Assembly (NCBI RefSeq): GCF_963853765.1
Contig: NC_088854.1
Coordinates: 45,632,001 to 45,696,000 of the forward strand
DNA: 64,000 bases
Direction of reading: 5' to 3'
DNA from: Magallana gigas
Taxonomy: Eukaryota
Shown here: piece after piece, positions 53,584-64,000 of the stretch
Numbering within the stretch: position 1 is the stretch's first letter
Layout of the letters: the number at the start of each line of letters is the position of its first letter
Program-made: the position numbers and the translations under genes
Notes under the pieces: model-generated
Told to the model about the DNA's origin: nothing
The model's input: only the letters and a program-made list of their open reading frames with translations
Databases searched by the model: none

Positions 53584-55465
53584 GTAAGTATTCGTAGCGG
53601 GGGTAAACTGTGTTGGGTGACGATTGTATAGTTTCTCACTACCCCCCCCCCCCTTCACTAACCCTCCTCCCCCCTTTTACTTTAGAGTTTTATAGAATTC
53701 TTAAGCCATACGTCTACACGAATCGCAGCAATTGATTGAAAATTCCCTAGAGTTTTATAGACCGTTCAGAGATGAAGGTTTTCCTTTTCATTTAAATTGT
53801 TATTTCAGGAGGTGAAAGTCTCGTTGAATAAATTTGATTGCAAATGGCTTTGGATGCAAATTAGCGGCGGTTAAATTACGTTTGGTAATGAATAATTGAT
53901 TTCATAAAATTGTGTTGTTGAATACTGAGATTCTGGAATTTTGAATTTGTTTTTATCTGTCACTACCGCCTGTGTGTATGACTCACGAACTCTGAATCAC
54001 ACATCTTATCTTCATTGCACTACGGGGTCTGAGTTCTCCGATCCGTACTATATAAATTACTTTTCGGTTCAAGGTCGCAAGTATATGTTCGACAACCTGA
54101 ATTTCTTGAAATTTGATCACTTTGGAAAAAAATCAATAAAAACAGCAGAACTATTTCTTTGGAAAAGATGAATACATAAGTTTTCAGTGTCCTTTGCAAA
54201 AATTTAGATTGTTGGGAATCAAAATTTGTAAGTTTGATTCGCAATAATCTAAAATTTTGTAAAAAGCAATAACTATTCTACCGCTACTTGGTACGAGATT
54301 TTAAAGGGTTCATGGTGAGGTGTTCAAAGGGGAGATAACTTTTTCAGAAGTTTTTCTGCCTGTGAGATAAAATAAAGGATTTGGCAGCCTGCGAACGTCA
54401 GCGTGTTTGATGTAGGTTTTGTTCTTGGCTTAATGTTCCGAGTTACAATTGAACACAAAAATCTTTTGAAGGCATTATAACTAGTACACCATAGCTGCTT
54501 CGGTCGGTACAAAAACACCCCTCTAAAACTGCTTGTAAAATATTTACATTGAATGCTGCAGTGCATGGAAGGCCTACATTCATCAGGTCAATAATTAATT
54601 AAGAAGATAAATTAGTGCATATAAAATTGGACAATGTGTGTTCAAAAGTATTTACGACTGAAACTGCACTTATGTGTTCAATACTTGACGTGAATTAAGC
54701 AGAAGCAGTTATAGGTAAGTGTCAGTTAATATTTACATTTTCCAGTGTATTTGCCTGTGATATAACACTACGTACCGATTTTGCACCATATAACCCATAA
54801 CTTCAAATGACTCAAAATCGTGGCGCCAGCGGGGTTTCCTTATATTTAACCATACGATGGCTTAAAATTATATAAATATAGGTAATAAGGAATAATTCTT
54901 TGAATATTATGAGGTGATAATTTCGAAATTATCACTCCATAATACTCAAAGAATTATTCCTTACTCCTTAATAAATCGAGCATACTAACAAACGGCGGTT
55001 GATGACATACAGTAACTTCTGCATGCATAAAAAGCTTAAAGTTAAAGAATGTACACGTAACTTTTAAAAACGGTAATAGAAGGAATTTGGGCAAAGTTTG
55101 ATTTAAAAAATTCGTGATGAAAAAAAAGAATACCGTGTCGTGGAAATGGGAACACATAGGAATTATTTCCTAGACTGCCGGAGTAAGCTGTGGGTTTTGA
55201 GCTTTGCTCGGCGGGGCCCTCAGCAGATGCCACTTTTTACCGTGTTGTTCCATGTTTATCAGTAAATTAGTCATCTCTTCTAGGCCTTTTTTCTGTCTTA
55301 TCTTCCATCATCTCTTCCACACACAGCTGTTTTTCTCGGATTTCTTAGAATAATATTCTGATTTGTTTTAATCTGGGAAACATTTTCTCAGCGCTTGATT
55401 ACTAGTACATTTTCTGGGCATATATTTTTTTTCGTAAGGAAGGGGGTAATTCAATGTCAAAGAGG

Positions 55466-55496
<31 letters not shown>

Positions 55497-55717
55497 GGCA
55501 ATGCCTGCTATCCCATCCGTTTATGTTATATATTGAATAATAAAATATTGTTTTTTAAAAAAAATCAACGTTTCTTTTTAAATCAAAATAATATTTCTTC
55601 ATTATGTAATTGGTAACAGGATGAATCAGACAGCATCGATCAAAAGCACAAGTTTCGACAAATCAATAATTAAAAAAAAAAAATCCGTTCACACCTTGCC
55701 TAACGGCGTATAACTCC

Positions 55718-55929
55718 ATGTTTCACACTAAGCCACAGTCGTTGCGCTTGACTGGACACGAGGTCACATGGTTTGATGATGACCTCAGCTCTCCGTCTAG
55801 CCCCAGGTGTGTTTACAAAGTCTCGCTTGATTGTATCATGTTAGAGGAGGATGAGGACACCCTCCCGTTCCCTGGGGTAGTGGATGCATTCCCCTCACCC
55901 ACACTTGCCCGTAGTTCTAGCGAAAATAG
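55718..55929 (+). CDS. Candidate first coding exon C of the kelch-like gene (MFHTKPQSLR...SSSEN-R)
   Basis: GC-richer 70-codon frame ending in phase 2 at AG|GTAAGT. Confidence 0.65.
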
Positions 55930-58900
55930 GTAAGTGTGCCTATAGATTACAGACTTGTAAACAAAGACCGTACAACGCGCGACATTTGACAACACAGTAT
56001 TTGGATCTATGTACACATTGTTATTGTTTTCCTCCACGAAACTGTATTCTTAATCAGTAAAAGCTGATTTTGTGTCAGTAATAACACTAGGCTATTGAAA
56101 TAAGTTAGTTCTAGAAGGTCTGTGTTTTTCACTTTCTTATCAGTAAAAAGTTCGTTCTACATTTTATTGCTGCTTTGGATCCTATTGGCACTCTGACAAA
56201 TTGTTCTTTGAGTAGGTAAATGACGTCACATCAATGTCAAGTACAATAAAGTGTACAGTTATATAGTTTCATATTCCTTTATTTTGATAAACGGACACGG
56301 TTTTGAATAAAGCAATGAAGATATAAGGAAATCATCAAGTTTGTAAATTTGTGTTTATAAAAGAATATTTTGCCGAATTTTTTTTTATAGTCTATCCCAA
56401 GATATTTTGGATTCACATTTTGCTTAATTGCTTGATATTTATAAATACCTCAGGGTTCAAACGATGTTCATTCAAAAGTATAAAAAATTTCCAAGATTTC
56501 TCAGTCGAAACGCCCCTGTTGTCGTATCAGGTTTCAATACAATGCTAAAAAATGTGATGTCTACGGAGATTTTGTATTGCAGCAAGCCCGGATGATAACG
56601 TTGAAAAATTGCGCGATGTATTCCGAGTGTATTCCGAACGGAGTAAAGATGTAAACATTCCCATTATAAATCTCCGTAAGGAATCTGTTTTCGTTCCTGT
56701 GATTTTTTCTGAGTGACAATTGATAATGTGTCAATGAAATTATCTTGGAAATTATCCCTTTCAACTATTACAAGTGCACTTCTTTCACAGGTATGTGTAT
56801 TTTTTTTTAAAAACGTCCAAATGTGCTGCATAAATATCTTGGGACAGACTATAGAATTATATTACATGTATACGGTTGTTTTGGATGGTGCACATGCAAG
56901 TACATTGAATTCATGCATCATAAATACATGTACAAATAATTAAAGTACTTCCTATTTAAAAAATCCTTCATACTTGGATATTTTAATCAAGATACAATGA
57001 AAATACAATCTGCAATATATTAATTGCGACTGTTTTGTTTCTATGTGCATCTTTGGGTTTATATAAACATTCAGTAGGAAATAAAAAAGGTGGTAATATC
57101 ATAGGCTTAGAAAATGTTTTATATTAATTTGATCAAACCCTGAATAAAATATTCATTTTTAAGATGACTCCATCAATAGTGCGACGTACATATATTGTAG
57201 TTTAAGAGCACAAAGGTATTAATATTCTGGAAATACCATGCGAAAAGAGGTGGAAGCAAAAACTGTGGACAGAGTATAGAAAAGTTTTTAAACAAACGAT
57301 TGTTGCGTACCTTAAATGGAACGTAATAGAAAAAAATCCAGTGAATTCTGTCAAAATTCTGAGCAACTGACACCTTTCACAGTTTCCCGTAACCCGGCCT
57401 TAAAACCATCTTATCCCTAAACTTTTACCAATTCAACTTAATTTTATTGTCTTGAAAAAGGACTGGTTTGTGTGTACCCTTTTTGGATTCTGACATGATA
57501 GAAAGGATCAGCATCTTTTGTGGTTATGAATGTAGAGAGTTTTCTGGCTGTGATCAGTGTCGATCATTACAATGCCAGTCTCTGTAGGTTGAAATGATTT
57601 GTTGGAAGAACGGCAAACCAAGACGCCATCCTTTCTGCAATCCTTACTCTGGAGACCATGTAAAATTATCACTCGACATTGATATTGCATGAAATATTAG
57701 GAAAAGTTAATAGATATTGCAATAAAAATCAGACTGCCCTGCGTTGGCTCATGATGACATATTTGATAGCTGGAAGTTTTCTGGAAATGATCGGTTTTGG
57801 TTATATGGAAACAGAGTAGCAATTTTTCATGTATATAACATCTCTGTAATGAATACAGAATGTTTTAAGTTTTTTTTTAACAAAGCAGTGTTTGTTGTGT
57901 ATATATAGGGATTTCCTACTTCTACTGAAGGTCACCTCTATTTCTTCACAAGAGACTGTTTGTTTGAATTTACGACTTGAATTTTGAAAGAAAAATCAGA
58001 ATAACATGCAGTTTCAGATCCCTTTTGTTTTGTTTTAGAATTTGATTACAAGATTAATGAATATAATGAGGTTTTTGTATGAGCTCCAACTTTGTATATT
58101 TATAAGCAAATGAAGAGACTTTCTTTTTATTAAAACAAGGATGACTTTGTATTTTAAGTTCCTGTTATTCAGTAATTCACTTAGAGAGTTTATTTAGAGG
58201 CGAAAAAGCTTTCCATGCAATTGATGATGCAATTGATGAAACCCTCTTTTCATAATAGGGACGATTAGTATGTAAAAGTTCCTGTTATTTATGAAGTTAT
58301 TGGGATTTGTAAGCAGGTGGTATGTTTTACAGTATTGTATTACATCAGGTAGCTTGTTTCAAGGTGAGGTTTTTGATCACCTACGATGGAAATACATAAA
58401 AGTTATGCTATGACTAAATTGGAAACTTTTCCAACAATGATTATTGTCCAGCTATTGTGAAAGTAAGTCTTCATTTTACATTACCTGGAGATTCATTGGA
58501 CTTTAATTTGTGATTAATGTAAAGTTATAATGAATATTGTTTGTCGAATGTAGCAGTGTTACCAATACCGGTATACAAGATTTTTATGGAGGAGTAAATT
58601 TCTGATAAACAAGGGTTTGTTTAAAAAATTCATAATTTGACTCTAATTTCAAAGATCATATTGTACAGATGTAGTGTGTAGTAGACTTTTCCAAAGAAAT
58701 ATAGTATCATTTCATGAAATGAAAAAATATCATATATTCAAAAGGGGGGGGGGGGGGGGGGTTGGAGGTGGATTAAGACTAAATCTGTGTCCTAGAATCT
58801 GTAGAGCCAGTACAAATTATCTTGGTTAACAGGGACTTCCCTCTTATAGTCATCTGGGAACTCTTTATTCTGCAACCCCTTGTTAAGTTTTAATGGGCCA

Positions 58901-60391
58901 TTTTGTGAAGAAAGGTTGTGAAGTGTTCAGTTAATGAAACACTTGATAATACAATGAGGTTTCAACCTCTTGAGGCGTTTTCAGATGGCTACTTCAGATT
59001 TTACATCATACAATGTATATATATGTTTGAGAAACTTGTCAAGCATGTTGCTTTAAAGCAGCTTGGTTGGTAGAGGATGAAAATTGTTAAGTACATGTAC
59101 AATGTAGTGACGTCTTGGAAATCTGAGGTATGTCTCCAGTTTTTTCTCTGTTATACCTAAAAAAGTTATATTATTTCAGAGGTTATTTTGTCTTCTCAGT
59201 TTTCAATCTTTACCAGTATTACCAGTATTTCCCCGAGTGACACATCAGATGAGATCACCCTATTGTAAAGAAAATTGTCAATATTTTAGATTATTTCCTC
59301 GTAATGCGATGGTTCACTATATCATCATGTCAGTCTTTTCACATTTATATAGTGTTGGGATTTGTTATAACATCATCGAATAGGGAAACTTTTTCACGAG
59401 GGACTATTAGCTTGAGTAACATTGGACAATTTTTCTTCAATATAAATTATAGCTTTATACCTGGGAGGTACATGGTTTGTACATGCAAGGATCCTATGTG
59501 GGCAATATATCTCCCTGAAGAAACATGTAATGAATTAGACAATTGTACTGGCATCCCCAAATTAGACATCATACTGGCGTCCTCAAAGTTCCCAGTGCCT
59601 CTATGGAAGAAAATCAAATTAGGGACCTTTCATGCTTATTTAGCCCTAGTAATTCAGTTAATACTAATTCCTTTCTAAAGGCGAATTGATTTTGTACAAT
59701 GCAGTTTCCAAAGGATGTATTTTGAGTTAAGTTAATAACATCTCATAATAGAATTTGCTTTAATCCAATAAATGTCAGATGATTGTGTTTGGATCCAATG
59801 TGTGTGTGTGTTTTTTATGTGCTCTACATGTTTGTGCGCTGCTAATCCTTTTTGCTCGTTCTTTCTTCACTGTTCACTTCTTGCCAACAGATTTGGCACT
59901 GGGGTGAATGATTATTGAAAATCCAGTTTGTTTATGTGTATAAGCAGTAGTGGGGGGTCCTTTTCTACAGTGCAGTGTCAGTATTTATGGGTACCTCTTC
60001 AGTGGTTGTTCCGTAGGTGACTTTACTAGACAAGGTTTGTTTAAAAGCTGGCTGTGTCCTTTTTTTCGTAATGGAATTTCTGAATTTTAAAACTTTAATT
60101 TTTTTCTCTTGTGTATTGGATTGCTTTCAATATATTTTTTCATTAACAATTCATAAGTGAATACACTGGTAGTGTACATATCTGCAGTAATCAAGTTAAC
60201 TTTCGTTGTTATTAAAAATAAAATTCTAAAGCTTTTTGGCCTTGAGCTCATTCTTGACAACATATGGTATTGATAGAGAAAATAATGAAATGTTTTACAA
60301 AGCAGGATGGTGCACCACTAACAATTAGAAAGAGGGGAAAAAAATGCCTTTAAAATGTAAAAAGATGACGTAATTTTTGATTGCCTTCCAG

Positions 60392-60720
60392 GTACCTCGT
60401 ACAACAGACATATGCCTCACAGAACCAGGCCAACTCGAGGATGGAGGAGTCCATGACCCCTGACCTCTTCCACTCCCACAACCACCCGGAGAGGATGATC
60501 CGGAAGATGGAACAGTACGTGGAGAAGAGGCAGCTCTGTGATGTCACCCTCATCGTTGGCAGCAAGCGGATCCCCGCCCACAGGCTGGTCCTCAGTGCCG
60601 CCTCCGACTACTTCGCAGCGATGTTCATGAACGATGTAAAGGAGGCATCCATGGAAGAAATCCGGATGAAGGACGTGGATCCGGATGCCATGGTAGCCAT
60701 CGTCAACTATGCTTATACAG
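60392..60720 (+). CDS. KLHL5: Kelch-like protein (KLHL1/4/5 clade), BTB-domain exon; gene continues beyond the window
   Basis: TTCCAG| acceptor and |GTCAGT donor. Reads HPERMIRKMEQYVEKRQLCDVTLIVGSKRIPAHRLVLSAASDYFAAMFMNDVKEASMEEIRMKDVDPDAMVAIVNYAYTG. The exact paralog name is uncertain. Confidence 0.88.
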
Positions 60721-61652
60721 GTCAGTTGGAGTGTTTGAGTTTATTTATAATGAAAAGCTACCATTGATGATCCTAAACTTTTTCAATTGCCCGGTATGAC
60801 ATTAAAAAAAAAAAATATTGAAAAAGGAGCTTTATGACAGTGGATAACGTAATTTACTAATGCCTGATGCCTCAGTCTATGCCAAATTGCTTTTTTTAAA
60901 GCCCATTAATAGAGTGCCATGTTAATGAAAATGGTGTGATAGGAGCTTGAAGCAAGAAATCATAAATAAAACAGCATTTATTATTTCAATAACCGATTAT
61001 TTCAAACGGCAGTTCTTGTAAATTGGTGTGTATCAAAGTATTGCTGATTTCTGAGTACCTTGATCTGTTTGATAAATGCTGATGGGTGACTTGTCTATTG
61101 ATTTTGTGTCGAGTTGGACATTACTGATTGATGGGGGACTATGTGACAGAAATTCCCGTCTTAATGAAGATGGAGTGTGAGGGTGACAGGTCCGGGCAGA
61201 TTAGTGTTGGCTGGAAATATAAGCCCAGCCTAAGTAAAATCAATCCAGAAATTGCTAGTAGTCACAAATAGGTATCTCCTGAATGTGGAAAACTACTAGT
61301 ATAGTCACAAAACTAGGGAATGTCAAAAGGGGGATTTTTACTTTACTAAGACATGATAATCACAATTCTGATGGGGAAACAAGGATAAAAACTAAGGATC
61401 TTTTGACTGTAGAAAAGGGCTAGCAATTGTCACAAATGGAGATCTTCTGAATGGGCAAACAAAGCACAATAGAGAATGGGCAGACACGGGAAGCAATAGT
61501 CACAAAGGGGGATAATTTGACTGTGAAAAAGGGGGATCTTATGACAGGTGAAACATATTCCTTGGTTTGGGGCAAGGAAAAGGAGAGAACATAGTTGGTC
61601 AGATTGACAAAAATACTGTTCATGGATAGTTTTGATAAGATTAGAAAGGGGC

Positions 61653-61653
<1 letters not shown>

Positions 61654-61679
<26 letters not shown>
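61654..61679. repeat. (GA)n microsatellite
   Basis: Direct reading. Confidence 0.95.
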
Positions 61680-61683
<4 letters not shown>

Positions 61684-64000
61684 AATTTAGAAATGCATTA
61701 TTCTTTGTAGTAGAGTGGTGATGAGCAGGATTATCTTGATGTTTATTGACTGAAGTCTAATTACAAACAGAGACACAGCATTGATTAATGCTGTAATTAG
61801 TGATGAAGTCTTTGATCCTCATCACCTATCTGTAGCATATTGAACCATTAAACCATTCAGCAGTATCTTGGATCAGTCTGACTGTCATAGTTACAGATGT
61901 GTGTAGCTAGCTAGTTGAAGTAGAATTCAATGTGTGGACCTTTGTCCTAATACAATTTCCTCAATACACAAAGAGCCCATTTAGTTATATTTTTAGTATT
62001 TAAATTTAATCTTCTATCTATCATTGCGCATTGGTGTTGAGAGGAAGGGTTGAAATTGAGGATGTGAAATGGAGTGTTCATTTTTTTTTTTTGGTGTAGG
62101 GAATTGAAGACAAATCAATTTGGATTATCTTGAGCTTGGAAAAACTGCACCTAAACAAATGTAAATAATTTTTCTTAAGTATTATTGCCAACCTTATAAT
62201 GAGTCATAAACTAATATATAAACTTGCAATGTTTGCCTTTATTTTATATTCCCATAAGTTTAAAACCCTTGACAATTTTATTGACTTATAAAATATCCAA
62301 GTTTATATGACTCTTGTGCACACGATTAGGAAACAAATTAGTGTTTCTTAAATGATTCATTGCTACATGTGCAGGCATCATTATGAAACTATGTGTGAAG
62401 TTGTATATAAGACCTGCATCCTGCTGTACTAAAAATGCTCTCTGTCCTCCACACTGCGTAATGTATTGTCTAAGTCGGGGAGTGTGGATAAGGAAGTTCC
62501 TGTGTCTGGCCCCCGGAAAAGACCCGCAGAAGTGTTAAGTGGTTCAAGGGCCTCAGCCATTTCTAATGGCCTGATCTCAGCAATTTTCTGTGTTAATTGA
62601 GCTTTGTTCTCTGCCATGTTCAGCTCAAGTGTGTCCCCCTTATTGATGTTTAACATGTAACTCCTGTATGTAACGGTACAATAGACAGCCATGTGTAACG
62701 GTACAATAGAGCCCTGTTGCAAGGCTGGTGTTCCATCTACATCCCAACATTAATTTTTTTTCCATAGAGTTAACTAGTGCTCAACTCAGATAATAACCAG
62801 CACCAGATACATGGCATTTCCTGCCGTCTAATTTTACTTGTCTTTGATCTCTACTTTGTTTTAATTTATTTTATTTCCTATAATTTTTAGCATATAAATA
62901 CATGTACCAGAAGTTGATAAAAGTGAACTTGCTAGTGGTTTGATTCTGGTATTTTAAAAGGATTTTATACCGACGTTTCTGTTTGTATTTTTTACCATGT
63001 TGCACCCAGAGTGACTGATTATGACTCCAGATTTTGTGCGATATTTTTTGTACATAAATTTGCTCCATAAATAATGCATCATTGAGTGCGTTTTGGTTAT
63101 GCAGGTGTATTTCGTTATCAGAAATATTGAACACAACTTTACACACGTTGTGGTTAAATTGCCACTGGTACTTAAAAACCGTTAACATCTAATTTTGCTG
63201 CTTGTGAGGTATTTTAATGTGCCAGGCAATTGTAAACAGCTGTTTACATTTAGGTTGAGGGGAAGGAAATAAAAATACACTTAGCAGAACTGAAAGCTAT
63301 TAAAGATGGAGGTTTATTCTGCAAAGCGAAGGGAACTCTCCAAACGTAATGCTTTTCAGAGAGAGATAAGGAAAAAAGGGAGACAATCTAGGTGTCTGAA
63401 AAAACGTTAATGTGTTAGATTGATATGATGAATAAATAGAATAAGACAGTATATAGTGGCCATACATCCAGTAAACAAATTACTTGATTGTCTGTGATGA
63501 CGTGATAGATTTGGAGGAGGTTGATGAGTAGATTTTTGTTTCCACCTATTATTATCTTGGCTGACAAAAGCCAGACACCTGTTTTATTGTGTGTTGCTAA
63601 GATCAGCTGGTATATATAAAATCTTAGAAAAATTCCTCAAAATCTAAAAAATTTAAGTACAAAACAAAATATATAGATGTGTAGATATATTATAGGATTT
63701 TTTATAATGAATGGTTTTGAGCAATTTTTGTTGTTGTGTATTTTACGTCAATCTTAGCTAATCCTGTATACAGTATATATTTTGTGTGTATCATCATTAC
63801 TGTCATTTCAATTAATTCACTTCTGAGCGATTCTGATGGTCAGGAAAGAGATTTATGTATCAATTACTATAAACCAACTATAATTCGCAAAAACTTCAGA
63901 TATTTCTTGAGAAAACCAATGCTTATTTTTGCAATCATGCCTAAGTTAATATCATTCAGGAAACATTTATGAGAGGCATTCATTGGCTAGTTCATGGCTA

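Noticed and set aside
55042-55233. Minus ORF MASAEGPAEQ...
   Set aside because: Starts at GTG right after a stop. No phase-consistent splice partners found.

Overview
AT-rich animal genomic DNA that looks like bivalve/oyster (Crassostrea/Magallana-like: GA microsatellites, HINE/MITE repeats, frequent TACATGTA). It is not prokaryotic. Four spliced genes can be built with consistent GT-AG phases: RPA3 (minus, 4 exons), a DUR3-like urea/Na+:solute symporter (plus, 7 exons, about 760 aa), EMC6 (minus, 5 exons) and the 5' part of a KLHL1/4/5-type BTB-kelch gene (plus). They form two head-to-head pairs. The first 32 kb holds no recognisable intact gene. It contains a 2.7-kb element with CACTAC termini and about 258-bp TIRs, set exactly between two about 99% identical 1.72-kb direct copies. 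It also holds an older 3.6-kb paralogous segment with unidentified relic reading frames, Penelope-like and CR1/L2-type retroelement remnants, a Mutator-like transposase relic, a mariner-type MITE and several hairpin elements. The most interesting observations are the transposon-bounded duplication (consistent with hybrid-element insertion), three phase-matched candidate alternative first exons of the kelch gene, and the signal peptide plus Cys-rich loop in the DUR3-like protein. No database searches were possible, so family assignments rest on motif recognition.
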